Origin: a bacterium
GTDB lineage: Bacteria > RBG-13-61-14 > DATKZS01
Reading direction: 5' to 3'
DNA length: 64,000 nucleotides
Assembly: GCA_963674965.2 (NCBI GenBank)
Contig: CAXXFL010000004.1
Coordinates: forward strand, 370,221 to 434,220
Part shown: positions 39,112-48,474 of the stretch, piece by piece
How the letters are laid out: each line of letters starts with the position of its first letter
How positions within the stretch are numbered: position 1 is the first letter of the stretch
The notes under the pieces: generated by a model
Told to the model about the DNA's origin: nothing
The model's database searches: none
Seen by the model: only the letters and a program-made list of their open reading frames with translations
Program-made: the position numbers and the translations under genes

Positions 39112-42069
39112 TCAACTCCGGGAAGCCGCCCTCTTAACCATCTCGTCCAGGTCCCAGTCCAGGGACAGTTCCAGCATGCCCCTCCTCTTGTCCATGAACT
39201 TGAACTTTCCCTCGGTAAGGCCAAGCCTGAAAAGGTCCCGCGTTATCTCCACGTCCTTTTGGCAGTATTCCTCCACCAGGTCCAGGCGGCCCTCCTTGAC
39301 CCACTGAAGGCTCTGGAGACCGTCGGCGCTTTTTTGCGACCCCAGGTTGTGCTCGGCCAGATGGGCCAGGCTCAGCCGGTATCCCAGTCTCGAGTGAACG
39401 TCGGCCAGGATATCGAAGGTCTGGAGACGGCCAAGGGTCCCGTCGTCGTAGGCCGACAGGACCTTGTAATCGAAACCGATCACGTTAAAGCCCACCACCA
39501 GGTCGGCCTCGGCCAGAAGATGGAGCATCTTCTCCACCTCGTCCTCCTTGAAGGATAAAAACCTATCCGGCCTCGAGTCCCAGACCACGGCCACCGCCAC
39601 CCTCATCAGGTGCGCCTTGCCCCAGCCGCCCACCTCCTCGGCGCTCCGCATGGTCTCCACGTCCAGGACCATGACCCGGGGCGCGTCTTCCTCCTCCGGC
39701 TCGGGCGGGGCCGCGGGGGGAATTTCGCCAAGGGGGGCGTCCTCGGCGACCTGGCCCAGGCCCATCCACTCCCGGGCCTCGGGCTTGTCCAGCAGCATGG
39801 ACAAAACCATGGCCGCCGCCTCCTTGTCCAGGGGCACGTTGCCGTTGCCGCACTTGGGAGAGTGGATGCATGAAGGACACCCGTTCTCGCAGTCGCACTC
39901 CAGGATAAGCTCGAGGGTCTTGTCCAACAGGTCCTCGATCGAGCCGTGACTCCTCTCGGAAAGGCCAACGCCGCCCGGATAACCGTCGTAAATGAATACC
40001 GCCGCCTTGCCCACCTGGGGGTGAAGGGGAATGCTGATACCTCCGACGTCATCTCTCTCGCAAAGGGCGAACAAGGGAAACAAGGCGATGGCCGCGTGCT
40101 CGACCGCGTGGATGCCGCCCATGAAGTTAAGTCTCCTGGCTTCCACCGCCCTTCTGATGAAGTCGTCTATCTCGATCCACAGCCCCACGGTCTCGAAGGT
40201 GTAAGGGGGCAGGTCCAGCTCGTGGACCGAGAGCCTCTCCCCCGAGGACACCCGGCGCTTCTCGTATCCGATCACCCTCTCCGTCACCTTCAGTTCGCCC
40301 AGGCGCGCCACGAAGTTCTTCACCGGCTTGCTTCGCCGGATGGACAGTATCTCCGTCTCCTTTTCCCGCCGGGGCATGGTGTAATAGTTGACCGTTACGG
40401 GTTTGGCCATGAGGTTCTTCCGGGCCAGGTCGAGCCTGGTCACCTGGTACTGGACCGCCCGGTGCAAATAAATGGCCCCGGGATGCCCCTCCGCGTACAC
40501 CCTGTTGCCGTCGATGCTGCCGATTACGCGGGGCTTCTTGCCCGGAGGAAGGGGCGTCCTGGGTTCCTCGAAGATAACGTTGTTCTCCCCTATCCCTCGT
40601 ATGTTCACGAACCGCTGCGGATACCTCCGGTTGGCGTGCCACAGGTCTCCCTCGATCGACTTCAGCAGCCGGCCTTCCTTCTCCAGTTCCGAGACGGCCG
40701 TCTGGGCCGGGCTTCCCTCCTCGATCCGGAACCAGCGGTCGTCCCGGAAAAGGGGCATCTCAGCGGCCGCGCTCTCGAGGTGGGACTTGAGGATCAAAAC
40801 GTTGTCGGGGTCCACCACCGCCGGCTCGAAGCCGCGCTCGAAGAAAGCGCGGGGATGCTTCATGAAATACTGATCCAGGGCGTCGGGCTGGGCCACCATA
40901 ATGATCAAAGAGTCCCGGTCCTGCCGGCCCACCCGTCCGCCCCGCTGCCAGGTGGTGGTCACCGCTCCCGGGTAGCCCACCAGCACGCAGGCGTCCAGGG
41001 CCCCGATATCGATGCCCATCTCGAGGGCCGAGGTGCTGACCACGCCCTTTATCCGTCCGGAGAAGAGCTTGGCCTCGATCTCCCGCCTTTCCTCGGGAAG
41101 GTAGCCAGCCCGGTAGGCGCTGATCCAGCGTCTCATTCTCGGGTCGCTCTGCACGGCCCAGGTATAGATAAGCTCCGTCATCTTGCGGGCCTTGGTGAAG
41201 ACGATGGTGGCCAGGTCCCGCTCCACCGCCCGCCCTAACAGCCTGGCCGCCGCGGTCGAGGCCGCGACCTTCCTCGGGTTGATGAAGAGGAAGCTCCGGC
41301 CCGCGCTGGGCGCCCCGTTTACGTCCACCACCTCCACCTCGCGGCCCAGGAGGTTTCGGACCAGCTCGCCCGGGTTACCGATGGTGGCGGAGCAGGCTAT
41401 CACCCGGGGCTCGGAACCGTAACTCGCGGCCGTCCGGAACAGGCGCCTTAAAATTTGAGCCACGTGGGAGCCGAACACTCCCTTGTAGGTATGGACCTCG
41501 TCGAGCACGAGATACTTGAGGGACGACCAGAGCTTTTCCCATTTCTCGTGATAGGCCAGCATGCCCACGTGGAGCATGTCCGGGTTGGTGATGACCACGC
41601 CGGGCGGGTCGTTCCTTATCTTGCACCGCTTGTGGGAGGGCGTGTCGCCGTCGTAGATGTCGGCCTGGACCTTGCCGGCCAGGCCGCAGGCCGCCGCCAG
41701 GTCGCGGAAGGACCCGAGCTGGTCCTGCTCCAGGGCCTTGATGGGAAAAAGATAAAGGGCCTTCGCCTCCGGGTCCTCGGCGCAGGCCTTGAGCACGGGA
41801 AGGTTGTAGCAAAGGGTCTTGCCCGAGGCCGTGGGCGTCACCACCACCACGTCGCCTCCGGCCAGTATCTTGCCGATGGCCTCGGATTGATGCGAGTAGA
41901 GCCGGTCCACCCCCAGCCGGGCCATGCCCGCCTCCAGCTCCGGGCCGAGGGCGTCGGGAAAGCCGCTCCATTCAGCGGGCCGGGGCGGGATACTCTCGAG
42001 ATGGACTATCTCGGGTCCCAGGTCGCGGCTTCGAGATATCTCCTTTATATAGTCGTCCAGAATGGCCAT
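39112..42069 (-). CDS. DEAH helicase with DUF1998 (YprA/MrfA/Hrq-like) fused to a DEDD/RNase H-like exonuclease
   Basis: TASGKT, DEVH, SAT, QRGGRVGR, CDCENGCPSC; C-terminal LDVET, GFNVIGFD, YCQKDV. Confidence 0.92.
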   Translation of the reverse strand: MAILDDYIKEISRSRDLGPEIVHLESIPPRPAEWSGFPDALGPELEAGMARLGVDRLYSHQSEAIGKILAGGDVVVVTPTASGKTLCYNLPVLKACAEDPEAKALYLFPIKALEQDQLGSFRDLAAACGLAGKVQADIYDGDTPSHKRCKIRNDPPGVVITNPDMLHVGMLAYHEKWEKLWSSLKYLVLDEVHTYKGVFGSHVAQILRRLFRTAASYGSEPRVIACSATIGNPGELVRNLLGREVEVVDVNGAPSAGRSFLFINPRKVAASTAAARLLGRAVERDLATIVFTKARKMTELIYTWAVQSDPRMRRWISAYRAGYLPEERREIEAKLFSGRIKGVVSTSALEMGIDIGALDACVLVGYPGAVTTTWQRGGRVGRQDRDSLIIMVAQPDALDQYFMKHPRAFFERGFEPAVVDPDNVLILKSHLESAAAEMPLFRDDRWFRIEEGSPAQTAVSELEKEGRLLKSIEGDLWHANRRYPQRFVNIRGIGENNVIFEEPRTPLPPGKKPRVIGSIDGNRVYAEGHPGAIYLHRAVQYQVTRLDLARKNLMAKPVTVNYYTMPRREKETEILSIRRSKPVKNFVARLGELKVTERVIGYEKRRVSSGERLSVHELDLPPYTFETVGLWIEIDDFIRRAVEARRLNFMGGIHAVEHAAIALFPLFALCERDDVGGISIPLHPQVGKAAVFIYDGYPGGVGLSERSHGSIEDLLDKTLELILECDCENGCPSCIHSPKCGNGNVPLDKEAAAMVLSMLLDKPEAREWMGLGQVAEDAPLGEIPPAAPPEPEEEDAPRVMVLDVETMRSAEEVGGWGKAHLMRVAVAVVWDSRPDRFLSFKEDEVEKMLHLLAEADLVVGFNVIGFDYKVLSAYDDGTLGRLQTFDILADVHSRLGYRLSLAHLAEHNLGSQKSADGLQSLQWVKEGRLDLVEEYCQKDVEITRDLFRLGLTEGKFKFMDKRRGMLELSLDWDLDEMVKRAASRS

Positions 42070-42190
42070 GGGTTTACATTATCTCAGATATTTCCGCCAA
42101 TGGAACGGCGCCGCCGGAAAAGGAGAGGAATCGGGCGGGAGAGGACCGGGCGGGCCCGCCTCACTATCAAGACGGGCCCGGACTTGGCCG

Positions 42191-43453
42191 CTACTGCATT
42201 ACGTAGGGGAAGGATGAATCCACGGGCTTTTTCTCGACGTATTTTCCATCAAAGGCGTTTTTAATAACGCACATGATCTCGGTGTCGTCCATGTGTTCCT
42301 TGATGGCGCCGGCGTTGGGTCCCTTCGCGAAGATGGGAACGCGCTGGCTCGAGTGATAAGCGTACCCGATGGTGACCATGGATGACCAGGAAACCCTTAT
42401 ATAATCGCCCTTTTTATAATCTCCCGGCTGGACCTCGATCCCGCCGCACTCGTGGTCGGCCGTGATGATGAGAAGAGTGTCGGGATGGGACTCCATCCAT
42501 TCCATGACCATGTTGACGGTCTTGTCGAACTCGACCACCTCACCCACCAGCTTGTCCACGTCCACCCGGTGGCTCGAGTGGTCGATCCTGGCGCCCTCGA
42601 TCATTAAAAAGAAGCCGCGCGGGTCGTTAGCCAGAACGTCAAGGGCGGCCTTGGACATTTCCGACAAGTGGGGCTCGTAAGACTCGGGAGAACGGTTGGC
42701 CTCGTATCTCAGCTTCTGATGAGCGAAAAGCCCGAGGAGGCGAGTGGTGGAACTCGCGTCCAGGCCCAGCAGTTCTTCCCTGGTCCTGACCACCTTGTAG
42801 CCGTTGCCCTCGGCCGCCGCGACGGAGTCGAACCTGGCTTTTTCACCGCCCAGGGGCAAAGGCTCGAAGGCCGCCCGTCCTCCTCCCATGATCACCTCGG
42901 GCAGGCTCTCCGTGGTCATCTGGCGGGCGATCTCCCTGTCCATGTTCCGGCTGAGGGCGTGGGACACGAAGGCCGCCGGGGTCGCGTCCCATACCTCGGT
43001 GGTGGTTACCACGCCGACCGCTTTTTTGTCGTGGACCATGTCCAGGATGTTGGGTACCTTCTCGTAAGAGCCATCGTCCTTCATGCTGATCACGCCGTTA
43101 CTGGTTTTATGTCCCGTGGCCATGGCCGTGGCCGAGGCCGCCGAGTCGGTCACCTCGCCGATCGAGCAGGTGGTGACCAGGCCCCGGTGGGGCAAGGTCT
43201 CCCAGTTCAAGGGCTTGTCCGGCCCGTTAAGATAAACCCGGCCCGAGTATATCTGGTTGATTCCCATGCCGTCGCCGATCATCAGGATCACGTTCTTGGC
43301 CTCGCCGGCCCCGGCGGCGTTGAAGCCCGAGCAGTCGGCGTGAGAATACCCGATCTCCTTGCACTCGTCGTAATAAACGTCCGACGGCTCGAAAGCCCAA
43401 AGCCCCGAAAGCGAGAGAAGGAACAACGCGATTGTTAAGCCGGTTCTTTTCAT
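42191..43453 (-). CDS. Alkaline phosphatase (PhoA family)
   Basis: IGDGMG, VTDSAASATA, EGARIDHSSH, TADHECGG; signal peptide. Confidence 0.93.
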   Translation of the reverse strand: MKRTGLTIALFLLSLSGLWAFEPSDVYYDECKEIGYSHADCSGFNAAGAGEAKNVILMIGDGMGINQIYSGRVYLNGPDKPLNWETLPHRGLVTTCSIGEVTDSAASATAMATGHKTSNGVISMKDDGSYEKVPNILDMVHDKKAVGVVTTTEVWDATPAAFVSHALSRNMDREIARQMTTESLPEVIMGGGRAAFEPLPLGGEKARFDSVAAAEGNGYKVVRTREELLGLDASSTTRLLGLFAHQKLRYEANRSPESYEPHLSEMSKAALDVLANDPRGFFLMIEGARIDHSSHRVDVDKLVGEVVEFDKTVNMVMEWMESHPDTLLIITADHECGGIEVQPGDYKKGDYIRVSWSSMVTIGYAYHSSQRVPIFAKGPNAGAIKEHMDDTEIMCVIKNAFDGKYVEKKPVDSSFPYVMQ

Positions 43454-43637
43454 TTTATTACCTCTTTCATGTCTTATTATAAACGTTCTTTCGCGGGGGT
43501 CGAAAGACCCTCGGCCCGGCCCCCGCCGGACCCGCCGCGGCCCCAAATTATAGCATAAGCAAAATTGGACGTATGTTAGAAATCCATTCGGATTTTTAGC
43601 CGGATGGAAAGCCGGCTCAATAGCTAATAATCAAGAC

Positions 43638-45899
43638 CTATGAAATCCATATCAGATATCTTTCCTTCGCGACCCAGGAACCGTTTTCCTTGGCGAGAAG
43701 GCAGTAGAAACCACGCGAGGCCAAATCCCCGAAGGTAAAGCGTATATAAACCAGGGCCAGGTCTTTGTTTTTGTTGAAGCCAACGCGGGACATCCCGATA
43801 ATTCCCGAATAGCCGGGGAAGTTCTGATGAAATCTTTCCCAGCCTCCGTCCCGGGAGAAGAGATGATCGATCTCGTTTTTCCCTATAATGTAGTATGGGC
43901 CGGATATCTTGAAATGAGGGCCGAGAGCGAAGGCCTGCTCGTTTTTCTTCTCAAAGTCGGCGTATAGCTCGGGAGTCAGCGAGGGCATTTCCTCAATCGC
44001 CTTTTCCAAATCCGTGAGTCTGGTATGCTCTCCGACAAGGCCGGTATGTCCTCTAATAACGACCCTGCCGCTTTTCGAGTTTTGGATATAGCCCGAATAG
44101 ACTTCATAGTCTTCCGCGTCTTCAGGAAGCTGGGGGTATTTATCGTCATCGGGATAGGTTTTGCCGTTGGTCCCGGAGGGACGGGCTTCTTCTATGGCGT
44201 TATGCTCGAGGAGAAACCGGGCCACTTCGTCATTCATACTTTGTCTGGCCATGCTCAGCGGCGTCCTGGAATATGTCGAGCGAGCGTTTACGTCCGCGCC
44301 GGCCGCGATAAGCTCCTTTGCCACGTCTTTGCAGATCGCCTTATGCAGAGGCGTCAGGCCCATGCCGTCCAGCGCGTTCGCGTCGGCCCCGGCCTCGATG
44401 AGGACCTTGACCAATTGCGCGTTTGTCCGGCAATTTAAATCCAGGCTGATGCCCCTCCATTGGCGGTATTGAGTCCTGTTGATCGCCGAGGCCATATGTA
44501 TGGGCCTATCGCCGTTATGGTCCGCGGCGTCGATTTTGGCGCCTTTTGAAAGAAGGAGCCTGGCGAACTGTGGCGAACATGAAAAAATCGATACGTGCAG
44601 GGGCGTAAAATTACAGGTGTCCCTGGCGTTGACGTCCGCTCCAGCCTCGATAAGGCGCTCGCCAATCTCTAAGCCCTTGTCATAAGGACTCCCCGCCGCC
44701 ACGTGCAGGGGAGTTGTCCCTTCCGAGGCGTCCCACTCCTGGCTCGTCTCGGAGGCAATGTAGCTGGACGGATTCATGCACCATGAACTGAAAATGATAT
44801 TCTCCACCATCGTGCCTACGGCTTTCGCGTTAACGTCCACTCCAAAGTCGATCAGCATCCCGGCGATATCGAATTTACCTTTTTGTATAGCGTAATGAAG
44901 AGGAGTATAACCGCGCCGTCGCTCAACCTCCTTCATCCGTTCGGGACCTCTATCAAGGAACTTTTTAACTTCCCTCGTTCTTCCCAGAAACGTCTCGACG
45001 AATATATTCGTTTCCGCTCCGCTATCCAGCAGGTAATATATATACTCACGAAAATCTTGCTCGTCCGGCTCGCGGCCGGGGAACTCTTTCGAAAGGTCCG
45101 TACATGACGGAAATTCCGCTTCCTTGATCGCTATTAGGAGCGGAGTCCTTCCACTATAGTCCAGCGCGTTCACGTTCGCGCCGTTCTCAACAAGGAGCCG
45201 GGCTATTTCCGCGTCCGCGCAATTCGCGGTCTCGTGTAAAGGGGTTGAAAAAATTTCTCCAACGCACTCCCGACATTCGGGCGTTTCATTGTTGCATTCA
45301 AAAAACACCGGGGCGTAGGCTTTGGCCCCGTTCTCTATCAGTATCCGGCATATTTCCAGGTCCCTTTCCTTGATGGCCTGGAAAAGCGGGCCCCATCGCG
45401 CGGGGTCCGTCTCATTTACCGGCGCTCCCTTGGAGATAAGCAGCTTGACCATTTCCACGTTTTTGTTTCTTATGGCCTGTGTCATGGGACTTCCTTCTAT
45501 GAGCCGATTAATGCTTGGATTCAGTATTTCCCTCAATGGATCGGGATTGGCGCCTCGGTCCAATAATATTTTAGCCGCCTCGATACTGTCCCACTTGGCG
45601 GCGTGCCATAAAGGCGTGAGGCCGTTGGCGTCCTCCGCGTCAACCGCCGCGCCCTCGCCAAACAGCCTGACGATTTCCTCCGCGTCGTTTAATACCGCCG
45701 CTTTATGCACGGGAGTAAGCCTGTCCCTTTCGGCGGAAAGAAGTTTCTCCTCGTCCGGCGACTCGGCCTGTCCCACGCGCTTCTCGGGCGTCTTCTTTTC
45801 AGGAGAGGCGTGGCCGAGAAAGAAAAGCGAAGCGATAATCAGGCATGAAATAAAAATCGAAAAAACGGTAAATCCTGCTTTTATGAAATATGGCCTCAT
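43638..45899 (-). CDS. Membrane-anchored ankyrin-repeat protein with C-terminal non-repeat domain
   Basis: Numerous TPLH repeats after an N-terminal TM helix. Confidence 0.9.
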   Translation of the reverse strand: MRPYFIKAGFTVFSIFISCLIIASLFFLGHASPEKKTPEKRVGQAESPDEEKLLSAERDRLTPVHKAAVLNDAEEIVRLFGEGAAVDAEDANGLTPLWHAAKWDSIEAAKILLDRGANPDPLREILNPSINRLIEGSPMTQAIRNKNVEMVKLLISKGAPVNETDPARWGPLFQAIKERDLEICRILIENGAKAYAPVFFECNNETPECRECVGEIFSTPLHETANCADAEIARLLVENGANVNALDYSGRTPLLIAIKEAEFPSCTDLSKEFPGREPDEQDFREYIYYLLDSGAETNIFVETFLGRTREVKKFLDRGPERMKEVERRRGYTPLHYAIQKGKFDIAGMLIDFGVDVNAKAVGTMVENIIFSSWCMNPSSYIASETSQEWDASEGTTPLHVAAGSPYDKGLEIGERLIEAGADVNARDTCNFTPLHVSIFSCSPQFARLLLSKGAKIDAADHNGDRPIHMASAINRTQYRQWRGISLDLNCRTNAQLVKVLIEAGADANALDGMGLTPLHKAICKDVAKELIAAGADVNARSTYSRTPLSMARQSMNDEVARFLLEHNAIEEARPSGTNGKTYPDDDKYPQLPEDAEDYEVYSGYIQNSKSGRVVIRGHTGLVGEHTRLTDLEKAIEEMPSLTPELYADFEKKNEQAFALGPHFKISGPYYIIGKNEIDHLFSRDGGWERFHQNFPGYSGIIGMSRVGFNKNKDLALVYIRFTFGDLASRGFYCLLAKENGSWVAKERYLIWIS

Positions 45900-46402
45900 C
45901 CGAGCTGTCCCTCCATCCGCCGAGCCTCTCCCGTCTTTATTCGTAACCAAGGTTGAATACGCGACGCCTCAAAGGATACCTCGTTTTAGAAGAGAATTGA
46001 AGTGGATGAATCTTCGGATGAATAGGGTCAGAGCCTTTTTTAATACGTATTCAAGCGTTCCATTGCAGATGGCGCAAATGTTGGGGCTTAGCTCATTTCA
46101 TTTCCCTTTGCCCCGCTTGGGCTGAATATCGCGGTCCAGAGATGACCCGCCAGGGTCTACCCTGGGTCGGCATGGTTGATAAAATTCCTTGCTAAAAACC
46201 ATCCGGGCCTTCTAGCCAAAGTCCCCCCGTTTTCACTTGGATAGAAACTAAACTTCTCGATCAATAATGGATATCGGGGACAATGCATATAAAAATGGGT
46301 GACGTTCTCGGATTATATCGACAAATTACCATGAGGTCGGCAGGCTGGTTGACAACTCCCTTTTTAAATACTATCTTAACGATAGGATTAATAGGAATTA
46401 AA

Positions 46403-46807
46403 TTGAAGGCCATCGGCATTATAATCTCCATACTGATGATCATGAACTCGGCCCTTGCCAGGACCTGCAACTGCGAGGTCAAAGACGGTCGAGAAGGGAA
46501 AATGGCGGGCCGGACCGATCAAGGGTGTTGCCATGGCGTAAGCCACGAGCGGCGCGCTTTCGCCCTGGCCGCGATTTGCGATTGTATGGCCCTGGAAAAG
46601 CACGGCCAAAAGGGGACGAGCAAGTGCCGCAAGCGCCTCGGCGATGACGGGCTTGTCTCGCGCGGCGATCAAGAGGCGAAGTCTCCACCGGTCCTTTCCC
46701 CGGCTCGGGAAGGAGATGGCCAAAAACCCTCCATCATGTCGGCCGCGGTCCTCGAGGCCGCCATACCCGTTCATCCAGTAATTCCATTCACCGTTATGCT
46801 TTGCTAA
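46403..46807 (+). CDS. Exported Cys-rich small protein (possible metal-responsive leader)
   Basis: In-frame TTG 46403 after AGGA; signal-like MKAIGIIISILMIMNSALA; CNC, CCH, CDC; Pro-rich end PVHPVIPFTVMLC. Confidence 0.55.
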   Translation: MKAIGIIISILMIMNSALARTCNCEVKDGREGKMAGRTDQGCCHGVSHERRAFALAAICDCMALEKHGQKGTSKCRKRLGDDGLVSRGDQEAKSPPVLSPAREGDGQKPSIMSAAVLEAAIPVHPVIPFTVMLC

Positions 46808-46889
46808 TTTTCGCGGCATTCCAATCGCGCTTATAACCTTCACCCTTAAAAACAATCCGGCCCAGCCGGACCGCAATGGAGGAATTACC

Positions 46890-47231
46890 GTGAAAAGAGA
46901 ACGTATTGTTCGATTTGTGATGGCCGTCTTCATGGCCTTGGCCTTGACTTTCGCCGTCTCGGGCCCGTCCCTGGCGGAACAGGATGACCCTGGCCCCAAC
47001 AAGGAATGCCCATGCGGAAAGGAATGCAAATGTGGAGACTGCAAGTGTGACTGCAAGGGATGCGACTGCAAGGACAAGGGCGAGTGCCCCTCGGATGGGT
47101 GCAAGTGCAAGGACGCGGGATGCAAATGCGAAAAATGCGAATGCAAAGACTGTCCATCCCAGGACTGTCCTTGCAAAGACTGTAATTGCAAGGACAGTAA
47201 AAGCATGGGATGTAAAAACAAAATGCATTGA
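46890..47231 (+). CDS. Signal-peptide-bearing metallothionein-like protein
   Basis: GGAGG RBS and GTG; signal peptide ending SLA; 22 Cys, mostly CxC, in the mature part, which has no aromatic residues except a terminal His. Confidence 0.8.
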   Translation: MKRERIVRFVMAVFMALALTFAVSGPSLAEQDDPGPNKECPCGKECKCGDCKCDCKGCDCKDKGECPSDGCKCKDAGCKCEKCECKDCPSQDCPCKDCNCKDSKSMGCKNKMH

Positions 47232-47273
47232 CGGTTTAAATCGCTACAAGTCGCAAAAGGATAGATGAAAGGC

Positions 47274-47312
47274 CGGTCTTCGAGGCGGGTAAAAAGCCCG
47301 TCTCGAGGGCCG
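47274..47312 (+). terminator. Stem-loop after the metallothionein-like gene
   Basis: CGGTCTTCGAGGCGGG / CCCGTCTCGAGGGCCG with G-U pairs; no clear T-run. Confidence 0.5.
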
Positions 47313-47491
47313 CCCAAATTAGATTGTTGAAAAATCGGGAAAAATGCACTATTGATATACGGTAAGGTTCCGACGGGGGAAAGGATTTCCGCCGATCCTT
47401 GACCGCCGGCAAGGAATTCCAGCCTGGAGCTCCAAGCGGGCCTCGATGCAGTTTTCTTAAATCTTATTCTACTTCAGGGGGTAGTTTGATT

Positions 47492-48421
47492 ATGTCCGTG
47501 AAAGCTAAATTCATCATCGCCATATTCGTCATGGCCGCCTTGGTCCCTCTCGCCGCGGCCAACGCGGGCAAAGTGGGCCGCTACGGAGAGCGTTTCTGCG
47601 AGGACCCGGATTATCACTGCGTTAACATCGGCTCTCATGAGGAAGTTAACGTGATCACCCTTGACAACGGAGACACGGTAAGCAAGACGAAAAAGGTGCG
47701 CGATACGTGGGAGAACCTCTGGCCGGACGAGCGGGAGCGCGACATAGTGATGAAGCTCAACCGCATGAACATCCGGCTCCGGTCGGGTCACGTTATCGCC
47801 GTTCCCAACGACATGGACGGGAAGACCTATATGGACTTCTCGCCGTACCCCGAGTTTCTTGACGAGGCGCCTCAGCACGAGGGAGCCCCCGAGGGAGTGC
47901 TCGAGGGAGAGCTCGAGGACGAGTTCCCCTTTATCGCCGGCGAGGGAAAGGGCGAGGATCTCGAGGGCGATCCCATCGCGGACCTGCTCGAGAGCGAGGA
48001 GGTCGAGGAGCTCGAGGCGGGGCTCGGCGGCGACAAGCTCCTTATTTACGATCCCAAGCTCCTGGCCTGGGGCGCCTACGAGAACGGCGAGCTGGTGAGA
48101 TGGGGTCCGGGAGTGGGCGGCAAGAGCTACTGCGGCGACGTCAAGCGGGCCTGCTACACCAAGACCGGCCATACCCGAATCTATTCCAAGCGCGGAAGGT
48201 ACGCCAGGTCGAGCAAGTATCCGCTCGACTGCCAGGGAAGCGGCTGCGCGCCCGTCCCCTATTACATGGGGTTCTTCACCGGGTATGGCTTCCACGCCTC
48301 GAACAACGTGCCGGGCATGCACGCCAGCCACGGGTGCATCAGGCTGTTCTTCGACGACGCCATGTGGCTCCACGAGGAATTCGGCTACGTGGGAATGAAG
48401 GTCATCGTAAGGCCCTATTGA
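47492..48421 (+). CDS. L,D-transpeptidase (YkuD family)
   Basis: GYGFH...HASHGCIRL catalytic motif; signal peptide. Confidence 0.9.
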   Translation: MSVKAKFIIAIFVMAALVPLAAANAGKVGRYGERFCEDPDYHCVNIGSHEEVNVITLDNGDTVSKTKKVRDTWENLWPDERERDIVMKLNRMNIRLRSGHVIAVPNDMDGKTYMDFSPYPEFLDEAPQHEGAPEGVLEGELEDEFPFIAGEGKGEDLEGDPIADLLESEEVEELEAGLGGDKLLIYDPKLLAWGAYENGELVRWGPGVGGKSYCGDVKRACYTKTGHTRIYSKRGRYARSSKYPLDCQGSGCAPVPYYMGFFTGYGFHASNNVPGMHASHGCIRLFFDDAMWLHEEFGYVGMKVIVRPY

Positions 48422-48445
48422 GGTCTCATCCGCTGCGGATAAACG

Positions 48446-48474
48446 ACGGGCGTCCTCGGGCGTCCGTTTTTTTT
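48446..48474 (+). terminator. Rho-independent terminator
   Basis: ACGGGCGTC-CTCG-GGCGTCCGT followed by a T-run, between convergent genes. Confidence 0.7.

Noticed and set aside
46388-47317. Minus-strand His/Ser/Leu-rich ORFs
   Set aside because: Antisense of the Cys codon repeats; the plus-strand gene has the RBS and signal peptide.
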